A stretch of 64,000 nucleotides of DNA, taken from the NCBI GenBank assembly GCA_026026165.1, contig JAPEUD010000052.1:1-64000 (forward strand). The letters are read 5' to 3'. Source of the DNA: Sarea resinae. Lineage: Eukaryota. The position numbers and the translations under genes were made by a program. This document shows, piece after piece, positions 13,461 to 26,246 of the stretch. Positions within the stretch are counted from its first letter, which is position 1. Each line of letters begins with the position of its first letter. The notes under the pieces are model-generated. The model was not told where the DNA came from. It saw only the letters and a program-made list of their open reading frames with translations, and searched no databases.

Positions 13461-13862
13461 ATCTGGAATTCAAATGCGAAAGCTTTGGCTGCAAGTGCGG
13501 GGTCGCTGTCCATATGGCACAGTGGGAGAATGATGCGTAAAGTTCGTACTGACAAGCGTACAATCTGTCCCCAGAGGCAGGTTTTGTAGCGAGCATCTGC
13601 ATGTCCTCGTCCATCGCTTCGTCGGACCTTAATCTTACCTTAACCTTACGTTCAACTCCAATCGTCCACCAATCCATCTCCTCAATTCCTCACCGTCCCT
13701 CTCTGTTCCAACTCCTGTCTCTCTCACTCTTTTACTACTTGAATGTTTACACCCTCTTAGCTTAAGCAGCGGGTGTCACTTCATTATACTTTCATCCCAC
13801 TAACCCCCCCACCCGCCCAACACCCCAACCTTCCGACACGTTTGAAAAACTCGTACGGCGCG

Positions 13863-16032
13863 ATGTCCGAATTCATCGGGTCAGTACTTGCCATTGCCTC
13901 TGCTCTGCCCGAAATTCCACTCTACCTTTGGGGTGTCTATCGAGCTCGAGCTTACCGGACTCTTACCACAGGGCACGCATCTCGCTTGTCTCAAAGAGCG
14001 ACATACGGTACGTGGGCTATCGAGCGCCTCTGACGATTAAGCTACGGCTAATGCATCTGAAGTTACGTTGGCACGCTCCACGAAATCAATTCAGAAAAGT
14101 CAACCGTTGCGCTTGAGCAGGTGATCTCTTTCGGGACTGAAGGCCGTCGGAACAGCCCTGAAGATGAGATTGCACCCTCTGATAGCGTCTATGAATATAT
14201 TGTCTTTCGAGGCAGTGATGTCAAGGATTTGAGGATCGAAGAGCCACCAAAAGAGAATGAACCGCCTCAGCTTCTCAATGATCCTGCAATCTTAGGCGTA
14301 AGTTGATTTAAACCCCACCTACCCTGAAATGGCCCTTCTCCGTCAACGAAGAGTTCGTTCGACAATATATGTGATGAAAAATTTCGGATGTTAAATTACA
14401 ATACAATATCCGAGAGCGCAAACCCCATGTGGATATTTCCGTTGCCTTCCTTCTGATATAGCAAGCTTCCGCACATTTTGTCAGACTCCTGTCTTGAGAA
14501 GTAGCATCGCTGACCAAAACGCCTTGCAGAGCGGCTCTCGGCCGCAACATTCCCCACAACCCTCTCCACAGCAGCCGCAACAGCAGGAGCGACCTCGGCC
14601 TCCTCAATTGCCGCAGCAGCCACCTTTTCCTTACTATTACCCGCCACCCCCAAACCAGAGGTTCGGCCCCCAGGGTGGCTTTCCTGGCGCACCTGGTTTT
14701 CCCCCTTTGCCCTACGGCGCCCCTCCCGGATGGTACCCTCCCCCGGGACAGGGTTTCCCGCATCCTCCAGGGCCGTTTCAATCCTCATCTATGCCGCCCA
14801 TGCCTCCAGGACCAACAGGTCCTAAGCAGGCTCACCAACAGCCTCGCCCAATTGGTCCGTCTGTGAGAAAGGATCAAAAACCCGAATCCCTGCCAGAGAA
14901 GTCAGACAAGTCAGACAAGCCAGGTAGCGAGCTCCTGGTGGAGACGTCAAGCACTCTGACAAGTGCGACATCTAAGGGCCCAACGCAGAAAGGACCTCCT
15001 CTACCTGTTGACTCCAAACCTGACGTTGCAACAGCTCTCGCGCCAGCTGCGCCAGCTACAATCACAGGCCATGCTCCAGCTCCTTCGGATCATGCCTCAG
15101 TACCGTCTGCCCCCACTCGGTTAAAAAATGGTCGCATTATTCCCGCAGTCCCTTTAGCCAATACTCAAGCAAAACCCCCGGCGGCAAGTACGTCACTTCA
15201 GGCCAATTCTGGGAATACCGCGCAGCGAATGGCGTCGCAACCTGGCCAAGCTGCGGCAAATGCGGCCCTGGAATACCAGAATGCGACCGAAGCTGCGACC
15301 GCTGCCGTGGCTGCCGCTATGGCCAAATTGCCCCCAGCACCTTCTCAACACCAACAAGGAGAGGGTGCACTTGACAATCTCACAAAGAAGGTCAATGAGA
15401 TGAGGACTAAGGATCTGGGTCGGACAGCGCGACAGCCGGGTGTTGGTGCCCATGGCGGGCACTATAGGGGTGGAGTTCGAGGCAATTTTCGGGGTGGCCC
15501 AGCCCAACAGCATGCAAAGAGAGTTGAAGTCCCCACTACGGATTTTGATTTTGAATCGGCAAACGCCAAATTTAATAAGCAAGATCTTGTAAAAGAAGCT
15601 ATTGCGACTGGATCTCCCGTTGGCACACCAGAAGAGTCGGCTCCTAGCAACATCAATGGTGAGGCCACAAGCAACGGTACCTCCAAGAGTGACCTTGATG
15701 CAGGGTCCACTACGACTCCTTACAACAGATCTAGCTCTTTCTTCGATAACATATCAAGCGAGAGCAAGGATCGTGATGAGGCGAATGGGAGACGGCCAGG
15801 AGGACGAGAATGGCGGGGAGAAGAGCAAAAGAAGAATTTGGAGACATTTGGGCAAGGAAGTGTTGACAGTGGCTATAGAGGAGGTTACAGAGGCAGAGGC
15901 AGGGGAAGAGGCGCGGGCCGAGGTAGGGGGGGTTTCGGAGGGCCTGGTAGTTATCGTGGGCAGAGGGCCGGGCACCGTGGAAATCAGGGGAGCAGTATGG
16001 CCGGGAATCCTGCCGTCAACGCACAATCATAG
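13863..16032 (+). CDS. scd6: Scd6/Lsm14 (RAP55, Sum2) mRNA decapping activator / P-body protein
   Basis: Lsm14 N-domain ([21 protein letters not shown]...[14 protein letters not shown]), DFDF box, FFD and TFG boxes, RGG tail. Introns 13880-13971, 14008-14062 and 14298-14529. Confidence 0.95.
14366..14460 (+). ncRNA. Intronic box C/D snoRNA, snR52-like (predicted guide for 18S rRNA Am420, yeast numbering)
   Basis: C box GTGATGA 14371-14377, D box CTGA 14453-14456, terminal TATA/TATA stem. The guide GTTGCCTTCCTT (14441-14452) pairs with conserved 18S AAGGAAGGCAGC (one G-U). Confidence 0.8.
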
Positions 16033-16963
16033 CTGGAGAGGAACCTCAATGTCTCCTATGTTCTGACCTTGCGAAGGGATGTCTTCCGGCGTGGAACAAG
16101 GATCTGTGATGATTGCAACGTGTACCATTATTCGTCGTTCTTTGGAAACTTGAAAAGGAGTGGATGGTGCTAGTGATGGACTCCCTGTTGCGATAATGGC
16201 ACAACAGAAAGCGAAAAGAAAAGAAAACGTTTTGACGAAACCCCTGGTGTTCCCTTGCTGTCATTATCGATATATACGATGGATATGATGCCTATGGGGT
16301 AATGACGCGTCTATGAGTTCGAAGCTACTAACTAGTCCAAGCGCCCAAGCTAACGGCCGCTTTCGTTGTATTATTATTATTTACCTTACCTTCTAAGTTC
16401 TGAGTAATGACGGGTCATGTCCTCTGGCGATTGCTTCATATGTTAACTCCTCTACTCCGGAGTGCTCATAGCACTTGGGAATGTTTTACTCTGTTACTCG
16501 GGGCAGAATATAAGGCAAGGTTGCGGGGTTTTGAGGATGAGCTCAATGGCTAATGGTAGGGTAATGGCTCTATAATCCAATATAAGATTATCTCATACTT
16601 ACTGTCTAGGAATCGGAAAGATTCATCTTGGTCTTAGAAGTTGGAAGGATTCGAATGTCGAGTACCCTACAAAGTACTCGTAGTCAACGGTCAACAAAAA
16701 GGTGGCAATCTCATTGGTGCAGAAATGCGCGGAAGGTAGAAGAAAGTGAGGTCAGAGGATCACTCAGCAAAAGATAGCTTCAGAGACGCCTCCAAGCGCG
16801 CCGCTTCTCCGAATACCTTAGCTTGTAAACCCCATTTCATTGCTGCTTATCACGCTGCAAGAACCAGTCCTTGATAAATAGAGATATACTCCGAGTATAT
16901 CGGCCTGACTCTTGCAAGACCTCGCCATTAAAATATATCATCTTTTGTTTCATTCTTAGGCAG

Positions 16964-18073
16964 ATGGATCGCCCGGAATCAAGCACACCACCACATACGT
17001 CCCCCCCTACGGCAGTAACAGACTCCGCCCATGACGTCCAAATAAACATCTTTCACCATGGCAAAGCTCTTGCCTTTTCATTCCCAGTAGATTCCACAAT
17101 ATCCGACCTCTCAGATACCATATCTGGTGCGCTCGCCATCCCACCCTCGAACCAGAAGTTCATGGTAACACCTAAGATTGGTCTCCTCAAGCCTCCCTTC
17201 AAAGACCCCTCCTTGTCTCTGGATTCTCTCGCCTCCAAGAAGATCACCCTCATTGGCAGCACGTTCAACGAGATCTCCTCTCTCGACGATGCAGCCTTCA
17301 ATTCTCGGTCTCGGTCTGTGCGTCGCAGCGGTCGACTCCTCGGCCCTAGCCCCGGCGTGGTGAAGCCCGCTACGCCCTCTCGCCACCGAGACTGGCAGCG
17401 CGCACAAGAAGAAGCAACCTACACCTTCACGACACTCCGACCGCTCCCATACCTGCCGAACCCGGACCGTTCCCTCCACTTCCTAGAGCGCCTGCGCGAT
17501 GACCCCGGCATCAAAGCCAGCATGCGCAAGCACAGATGGACGGTGCCGCTTCTGACGGAGATGAATCCCGCAGAGCACACGACGCACGAGTCACGCACGC
17601 TCGGCCTGAACCGCAACCGCGGCGAGGTCATCGAGCTGCGTCTGCGCACCGACGCCTACGACGGCTATCGCGACTACAAGACCATTCGCAAGACGCTGTG
17701 TCACGAGCTGACACATAACGTCTGGGGCGAGCACGACAGGAACTTTTGGGATCTGTGCCGCGAGGTGGAGAAGGAGGTTGAGCGAGGCGACTGGAAGAGC
17801 GGGGGCCATGCCCTGACGGAGCAGGAGTTCTACAATCCCGATGATGATGGTATCGATGACGAAGAGATTGCTGACCATGGTGGATGGACCGGCGGGGAAT
17901 ATGTTCTCGGCAGCAATTCGGGGACTGGGAGTCTCGAGTCGTCGGTCACGGGAGGAGAAGTTTCAGCCGGGAGTCTGAATAGGAGAGAGGTTTTGGCGAA
18001 AGCGGCTGAGGAAAGGCTGAAGAGGCAGAAGCAAGTTGGGCAACCTAACGGCTCGACGCCAAAACCCTCCTAA
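16964..18073 (+). CDS. Ubiquitin-like + WLM (Wss1-family) zinc metalloprotease
   Basis: Single exon. UBL-like N-terminus, LGLNRNRGEVIELRLRT, HELTH zinc motif, C-terminal REVLAKAAEERL (Cdc48-binding VIM-like). Confidence 0.9.
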   Translation: MDRPESSTPPHTSPPTAVTDSAHDVQINIFHHGKALAFSFPVDSTISDLSDTISGALAIPPSNQKFMVTPKIGLLKPPFKDPSLSLDSLASKKITLIGSTFNEISSLDDAAFNSRSRSVRRSGRLLGPSPGVVKPATPSRHRDWQRAQEEATYTFTTLRPLPYLPNPDRSLHFLERLRDDPGIKASMRKHRWTVPLLTEMNPAEHTTHESRTLGLNRNRGEVIELRLRTDAYDGYRDYKTIRKTLCHELTHNVWGEHDRNFWDLCREVEKEVERGDWKSGGHALTEQEFYNPDDDGIDDEEIADHGGWTGGEYVLGSNSGTGSLESSVTGGEVSAGSLNRREVLAKAAEERLKRQKQVGQPNGSTPKPS

Positions 18074-18831
18074 ACCACCCCTGTCTCAAGAAAGCAAGCT
18101 GTCTCTCGCACAGCATGGCGTTTTGGAAGGTTCAAGGGGCTGCCATTTGAGGGTGTACTGTCACGATATAACGAGCATAGCATAGATTGTAAGAACATTT
18201 CTTGACTCGACTATATGAGATATAATGACTTCTACCATCTTGCCGCTACTTCTCAAAAGGCATCAGCAGTAGTACAGACACGGTTTACTGATAGTGTACG
18301 ATGCCCTCATTTGAATCCCAGCAACGCCAGTTTGACCACGTCTCGCCACCCTAAGCCACGACCACGTAAGAAATGCCTTACCGCCAAAATACCAACAGAC
18401 CACCAGAGGCTGCTAACGGCACACAGGCACAATCAAAAGATATAAGAACAAGATGTACACCCCACATGTTAGTCAAATAGCCGATGCTCATCGATGCTGT
18501 GATTTTATACACGTGGACTAACTATAATCCAACGAGAGAAAGGCGGCCAAGATACAGAGCCTAATAAGGGTTTGTAACATTGATATGCTCCGAAGGGAAT
18601 CCACAAAAAGGGGAAAAGGTGCCCGATGCGCTGCGCAAATGCTTCCCAGGTATTCGCCCGCGATGCCATTGAACGCCTATGCTATACAAGTGGCCTATGA
18701 CAAGCCCGAAAACAAAAGAGGGAGATAAAATTAGACACGAGAACAGGAAGAATTGCGGCCAATTCCTGCGACAGCTGAGCTATCAATGGCCCAGAAACGT
18801 AGTTCTTCGGTCGTGGTAAATTCTGCTGAGG

Positions 18832-19925
18832 CTAATGGCCCGAGCCCGAGCCCGGTTTCTTGGTGACGGGCTTGCTGCCCCGGACAGCATCGTCCCTCAC
18901 CCACGCTCTCGCATCAGGATCCCATCTGTGGCTGCAGATAATGTAAGCAAGGGGTGCGTAACAATCATTTTCCGTGCAGCGAACTTACCCTTCGTACGTC
19001 GTTAGGACCAAAGCTTTGTGCTGATATTCCTGCGCCAGCATGAGATCGTAGGCGTAGGGGATTTTCGCGGGTACGCCCTCGAAGACGCTTTCCCGCAATG
19101 GATAGAGATCCTTGGTTTTGTAATAGTGGTAGTTCTTGCAGCTCCAGACGCCGGGTGAGATGTCCGGGTTTGTCTCGCTCAGCCCTGTGATATCGATGAA
19201 CAGCCCGTTCCTGGTGTCAATCCAGCGTGCGTCGATGACATTGAAGCCATCTCCTCGTTCGCGCTCCCATATCCAAGGGTTTACGTCCAGCAGGTATTCC
19301 CTTGCAACTTTTGAGCCCTCAGGCACGTATCGGTGTTTTGTACGATTGTAGTGCTGGCCAAGGTATGCTAAGGTCGTACCAGACACTTGAGTATCTAGAT
19401 CCCAATCCCACGGAAGCATCTGAGTACGGTCAGCACGAAAATGACCGAAATAGTCAAGGTCTGCTCAAGGACAGACCTTTCCATTCCACCACCAGCCCAG
19501 AAGCGTCCCGTGAGCTATCCATGTTTCCAGGCCAAGTTCTCGAAAGGTATTCAGATATGCTCTGATCATGTGTTCAAGTGTGTCTCCGCGCTCTTCGTAG
19601 GTCACCACGCCCTTGAAATATCTGACATCATAGTGTCCCAAGAGATCATCGCCACTATAGGATAAGTTAGCTAGGGCACCGGGAGGCTTTCTCGGGAAGC
19701 CGGCCACTTGATATGCAAACTAACCCAGGCTCATCTGTCTTGCATGTTAGTTGGCTGCTTCCGCTTAGAGCTTTGCTCTTGGGGTGACTTACGAAAATAT
19801 TTTGTGTCTTTAGGCTCCTCAGGTGGTTTCGTTGCCAGTTCCCTCGGTGCGGCATGGACGCTCTCGAAAAACAATGACGCCGCCGAGACGAGGCAAAAGG
19901 CTGCATTTCGTATTCTCATCTTCAA
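18832..19925 (-). CDS. LicD/fukutin-family phosphotransferase (Mnn4-related), secretory pathway
   Basis: Signal-like N-terminus and KYFHEPG..GHYDVRYF, WIAHGTLLGWWWNG, LPWDWDLD and IDARWIDT motifs. Includes a 10-nt exon at 19734-19725; stop TAG 18834-18832. Confidence 0.9.
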
Positions 19926-22900
19926 TTAAGCGTCCACGACTCCGAGTCCAATCGGCGCACACTTTTCCAGCCCAATATTAGATGATTCGGCAGAGCCAAT
20001 CGAGTTCTTCGATGGATCCGACAGAGTCAAACAGTTGAGAGAACAAGATCGGCTTATATGGTAGAAGACGAGTGCTCGTGTCGCAAGAACGGAGGTCGCA
20101 AGATCAAACAAAGCGAAGCCAAATGCGATGGAAGGTAGAGGCGATGTCTACGGCAAGGGGGGGCTATGAGTGCGGAGAGGCCAAATCATCAAATATTGAA
20201 GAGTGTCGTAGAGATTCCAGGAGCTGCAAAGACGATGAGGGACCGTTTTATCAGGAGCAGAGTTGAACGGCCAAGATCATGGCAAGGGCAGCGGTCTGGC
20301 AGCAGGAGGATTATCGACAATGTCACGAGTGACCCGAAGACGCCGCTTGGAGGTTGGAACGCTTGGCGCGAGTGCGGTCAAGCAAACACTAGGTGTGGAT
20401 AAAGAGGACCGCAGAGACAGGGCAAGATATGTAGGACGGAACAGGCGCCGGCAAGCACACTAAGGGGGGGTGAGGAGAAGGAGAGAACAGTCAGCGAGCG
20501 AGCGGAGGAAGGAAGGGCGACGGAAGTGGAAGTAAGTGTCGCGTGCTCAGTCTCTCGTGGATGGCAATTGAAAAGCGTGAGGGAGTGGTGTGTGGAGTCG
20601 GCCGTCTCGAAAGAATCGCTATCCCGGGACCCGTTCCTTGGCAGTCTCAACTGCTATGATGTGGCCGCGCGACTACTGCTCTCTAAGGCCCGAGGTCCCA
20701 CCAGATGTGGCCGCTCTACTACGCAGTACTTTGTGCGTCGGTACCGACGTACGTCTACCACTCTGCGCTTATCTGATGGGAAAACCCTCAATACTGCCTC
20801 AATCCTGCCTCAATCCTGACTCGTCGCTCGATATCAAAGATCATGGTCGAGACATCGATGCGGAAAGGGGGATCCGAGAGAAAGAGACTGAGAAAGAGAC
20901 TCAGCGTACCTTACTCTACCGCACCACACGGTCGATGGCGAGAGCGGTACTTGCGACTTCGTGATGGTCCTTCTTAGAGGCCCGGCCCGCGCTATCTACA
21001 GCGAATACGGCAGGGGGCATGAAGTGATGCTACCGATAGAATACCTTGACATACTCGCCGCAGACACGCTGCTGGCCGCATCAAGAAGTAGCGACAGAGT
21101 AGAGCGAGTGTACCTCCTTAGCCAACCGCTCTGTTCCTGTCGCCGCTCGCTCAGGGCCGCTGTAAGGAGATTCGCACCAGACCGAGTACTGCACAGTACT
21201 GTGTACCTCGTACATGTACTATTATCCATCCATGGTAATTGCTGATTGACTACCTTGCAGAATATTTTAGTCCAGCAACGCAGCATGCCTCACAATTCAA
21301 TAGTCATCGATTCAACATGCCTCACAGTTGACGGTCAGCATACCTCTCTAGCATATCGACTCGCCTGACAATTCAGCATGCCAGCCGCGCCAGCGCTCCC
21401 AGGCCCACGAGGCCGAGTCTTCTCAATCAGCGCAGGGATCGTGATGGATTGATAGCGATAAGCGGATTAACGTTTCCCTACTCCGTAGACACCTCACTAC
21501 CGTATGTAATACCTTAGCTGACAATCTATCTTCATATTCACTCGGATCGCAGAGCCATCGGGAATTGATACCAACGAATGGCTCTGCAACTCCACCTGTC
21601 TACTGGGCAGAGTAGCAGGAGCATCTATGGTAGAGCCAAGGAAGGCCAAGCCACTATCGAGGCTCGCATGCCGCTTGGATGGCTTGGCCGAAGTTGGTTC
21701 GCTGGAGCGCCAACCATTGTGTTCCTATCGCCGCTCCTGCCGTAGTGGGTACTTCGAACAAAGTACATCCATAGATGCAAGCCTACCTTACCTTGGCGCC
21801 TGTCTCGGGCGACTTTCGTATCTTCACTCGCGGGAGCAGACGTTGCGAGGAACCTCCCAGAACCGCTCAGCACATCCAGAACCTCCAGCTACGAGTACTT
21901 TGCACATTCTATCTGCATCATGGATGCGGCGCTTCCTTTTATGAACGAGTTAGCAGGTTTGTAGAGTACTGGCTAGGGTAGGCCGGGAAAGGAAGTACCT
22001 AGGTAGGCAAGGTATCTTAGACTGGCCTATGTACCTTAGGTTACTTCGTACCTAGGGTAGGTAAGGCAGCTGGGCAACGAACCTACATAGGTACAGTTGA
22101 TTCGATTCATCGGGAAGGCGATCAGTCTAGATCCAATAGCTATCTGTTGGCTAAGGTAGGATCCATATTGTGGCAGAGCCGTTTGGTTTTGTTCTCCTAG
22201 GGTTCTTAATTCTCAGGTATGACAGACTCGGAAACTGATCCTGAGGGTCTCCACCGTTCCAATCAAAGGATCTTACCCCAGAGTCTTGATGCTCGAACAC
22301 ATGTCGTGCACATCCCGCATCTCTCGATATCTTATCTCAGCCACTGCGCCTCCTCAATGCATCATCCTCGCGTGCGCATGCTCTCATTCATCATTGTCAC
22401 ACGGCGAGGTGAGCCTTCAGAACGTCATCGCTCGAGGTGTCAAGGAGGGAAACACAAGTGGCACCCTTTGACAGATCTAATTAGGAAGCTGAATGTTAGT
22501 AATTGCACATATTGACGAGACAGACCGGTCCGCCGTACAGGCTCTTGTCATCCATCTAATCATCACTTCTACGTGTCGTCGTCCTTGTTGCACAAGCGTT
22601 GAATGTTCTCATACCATCGTGTCTCATATCCACGCGCTCTCTTCGCATTGCTACTGGCACATACCTAAATGCAAATGCTGGCAGGCAATAGTCGGTGATC
22701 GTGTCTCCGGCGAGGACGGCAAAACCAGTCAAGAAGCACTTCTCGAGCTTTGACAGAATTGAGGTAGGACGTTGACTCCCTTCCTTAGATCATCATTCCC
22801 CGGGCCAGAATACATTATCACTTGATTTCGACTTGGATCATCTAGGCTGCTAGCCTTATGAATCCGGCGCTCTTCGTGCGACCCGCTTCGCCCTCTAGAC

Positions 22901-23333
22901 CGTACCGCGTTTTACATTGCGTAATGTCGTCTTCGAATGAGGGAAATGGGCAGGAGCTGCCGTAGTATCATTTCCTTCCATCTTCTGATGCTAGCTCTCT
23001 GTCCTTTGGCCCAGTCGAGTTCTACCACAGGGAGATGTCTTGATATCCAGACTGTCTGCTTTTTAATGAAGGTGAAGGGAGAGAAAAGCAATCTCAGTGG
23101 CACGTCTTATAGTTATAGACTTTGATATTGTATAGAATATATATTAGTGCTGATGCGTCTTGCTGTGATTGCTCGTATATATCATCCTTGTCGAGCCTCC
23201 TGCTCCAATGCCAAACGAATGGTCTTTGCACAAATCGATGCAGCGCCGAAGGCCACTTAAGGTTGGATGTAGAGAGTACCAAAAGATCATAGCCCAGCAA
23301 ATCACACCTTCAATTTGGATATCGTCTTTCATA

Positions 23334-24223
23334 TTATAAATTGGCTTTCTGAGGCTTCTCTGGCCCCACTGCTGATCGGTGCTCAGGCTTTTTGGGCGAA
23401 TTGACCTTATGATGGTCGGCCGCGGCATAGACGGCCTTCCCGTCGGGTGAAGTGATACGCCCGTGGATCATAGCCATCGTCTTGCCATGGGCCAGCACTT
23501 CGGCATGTATTTTGATTCTGGCCCCTGTAGATTGTCAGACCAACGGACAAATTTGGCAGTAGAATAAGTCAATTGGACTACCTGTAGGAACCGGCCGGAG
23601 ATACGATATGTTCAAAGTTCGACTGACCCCACCAAAGAGCCTCCACGATATCAGCCACAGATACATTCAATTGGGCATTGAGGCTTCTGACTTACTCCCA
23701 ATGCCCGGATGTTGATAGTGGTGCCAATGCCATTGACGTACATATGTCTACGATCTGGTTAGCATTGCGCATCGAGTCGCCACAGAGGACGTAACCAAAT
23801 ACAGTGCCAATAGCCCCCCCATGCATAACGCCTAGAATAGATTCAGTCTCTGTCAGTCTTGGCGAAATGATTCCAAGAAGAACCGTTCAAGTTTGAATAA
23901 GTCTCTGTCGCTGTCAATTCGAAGGTAGACCGTCCTCCGTCGACATCAATCAATTCGAGGTCGGACACTATAGAGCGGTCGAAGTTCTAGCCACGATCAA
24001 GGGAATCAGTTCCGGTGATCGAAATCAGAATAGCCTCAGGCTGTGGTGTCAGAGGAGCTAACAGGAGACTTCTGAGCGTTGGCCATTTCCTGGTAACTGA
24101 GGCACGTTAATTCAAGAGTTGGCCCCCTGGTAGAGGATACCCGTCCGGCAGACTAGCACCGTACCGTGCAAAAACATTCTGAATCGCTTTCATGGCCGCT
24201 TCTCGCGGCTTTTGAGAGGGCAT
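23334..24223 (-). CDS. HotDog-fold acyl-CoA thioesterase (ACOT13/THEM2/PaaI family), 177 aa, C-terminal KANL
   Basis: Seven exons (24223-24165, 24096-24063, 23986-23884, 23831-23796, 23747-23696, 23640-23582, 23524-23334) splice in frame and give NLNGVMHGGAIGTVFD, GGVSRTLNISYLRPVP and EVLAHGKTMA. Confidence 0.88.
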
Positions 24224-25012
24224 TATTGTGACATTGTAGATATGCTTGGTTGAATGATTGATCTGAGGTGGTGGTGTTTGATAAGTCATGATAAACGTTG
24301 ATCGTGTCCAGGCGGGCGTGTGGGGTAGGAAGTCGGAGTACTTCACTTGGTCGGCGAGAGTACCTCTTCCATCCCTACAAAGACGCGGCTACGCGCTGGT
24401 ACAATACTGTGCACTGGCACCCCTCGGTCAAGGTACCTATACTTAAGTATGAGCTAGGTAGCTACCTCAGCTTAGTCGCGATACTTGGAAGCCAAAGCGA
24501 CCTACTATTACTCCGGAGTACTATGTAAGGTAGATGACGTCGGCGACGCTACTCGGCCAAGTTTCAGATGAGCTGGGAGCTGGAGGTGGGCAACCCCAGA
24601 GTCGAGCTGTTGCAACAATAGGGCAATGGCCTGCGCATCTCTCCACTTTCCCACCCTGTGCGCGTCTCAACTTGCCTGGAAATGCATCAATGACGGCGTT
24701 TTTAGCGAGGTGGCACAAACCATCACCAACCTCCTAAATCCTACAGCATCTTGAGATCTGCCCGAGTATTTAGTATAAGATTAGGCTAGGCTGCATAGTA
24801 CCCCATCTTCTCCCACCTTTGGTTGTGATCTGCTGTGATCTGCTTCGATCTTCTTTGGTCTGCTTTGATCTGCGCCCGCCGGTTCTGCATCATCTATCTT
24901 GTTTACTTTGCGCAAATCAACCGGTCCCGGACCCCTCAACTCCCCCCTGCTTCAGGACACATCGTTGGAAACCACTTCTGTTTGATCTGGAAGAACAGTC
25001 ATTCGCGCCAAA

Positions 25013-25745
25013 ATGCCTGACATGGAACAAAAACCAAGAAAACCGTTGCATGAGTGAGTCCAAATCATCCTCTGATCCTGACGGCTACCCCACACTGACT
25101 AAACCTCCTGCGCGCAGGCTCCTCTCGAGGACAATGGTCGACATTTACGTCGGACCAGAGAATACCCACTTTAACATGCACGAGAAGCTCCTCTGCTACA
25201 ACTCTACCTTCTTTTCCAAGATTTTCTACAATTCGAACAAGAAAGAAGCGCAGACGAAGGATCTCGGTCTGCCGGACGAGGACGAAAAGCCATTTACGAT
25301 GTTCGTCGGTTGGCTTTACAGCGGTCTGCTACCTCTGCCCGAGGATGAGAAGGATGTCGGCCCGTTGTTGGAGGTATACCTCATGTCAGAGAAATGGTCG
25401 ATCGAGCCATTGAAGGACTACGTCGTGGATATCGTCCGGACTTTCTACCATCGCAGCGGATCCTACCCTGGACTCCGACGCGTGCAGTACATCTATGCGA
25501 ACACGGATGCGGACTCACCCATGCGGCACCTGCTCGTCGACAGCGTGGCTAGGTTTCTGACCTTGGGCTCCGAAATTCCTCAGCACTGGGACAAGGCGCT
25601 GCGGAAGAACGGCCAGCTGGCTGTCGATATCATCAAGTCTATTCAGGAGTGGCATCTCGAGTCTCGAAGCGTTCCGGATGCGAGAGACGGATCTGTTGAC
25701 AGAGGTCGAACCACTCGAGACGGATCTGAAATGCTGTCTGAGTAG
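25013..25745 (+). CDS. BTB/POZ-domain protein
   Basis: Exon 25013-25053, intron 25054-25117 (GTGAGT...CAG), exon 25118-25745. Fungal BTB pattern VDIYVG...HEKLLC.NS.FF...LPDED...F..FVGWLY. Confidence 0.85.
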
Positions 25746-26246
25746 TGGCAGACGCTGCCTTTGAGATGGTAGGATATGAATCTCGACTGAACTTCGCGGG
25801 CTTGAGGAGTAAATAAGCTACCTTCTATTGATTACCTAGCTGGACAGGGGAAGGGGCTTTCTTGAGGGAGAGGCTAATGGAGGGGGCATTGCTGATGTGA
25901 GGCTAGGATGTGGTAATGGTAAAAGACTGTCAGAGAGAACCGCACGGGAGCCTTCAAAGATTGCGTGAGGAGTTGATGTGATCCTTAGGTGTGGTCTGGA
26001 TTGCGCATTGGACTGGGACATTGTATTCTCATCATCTTCGATAATGCGGCATTCATGCGTAGAGCAAAATAATGTACGAAATTTGTCCGTCTTGTCGAAT
26101 CAAAGCTATCCACTCTACACCATCTCTGACGCCGTTTGAACGCTATGTGGTGACTACTAACTAAAATATAATCATGCTGATGAATGGCAGAAACATCGTC
26201 TTCGTCATCAACATGATGATTTTTACCGTCAGCGTCAGCGTCAACG

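Noticed and set aside
19930..23330. 3.4-kb interval with many short ORFs and splice-like signals (21241-21260, 21502-21552)
   Set aside because: No coherent spliced ORF or known motif could be built, and donor-branch spacing is too short. A lncRNA cannot be excluded without RNA data.
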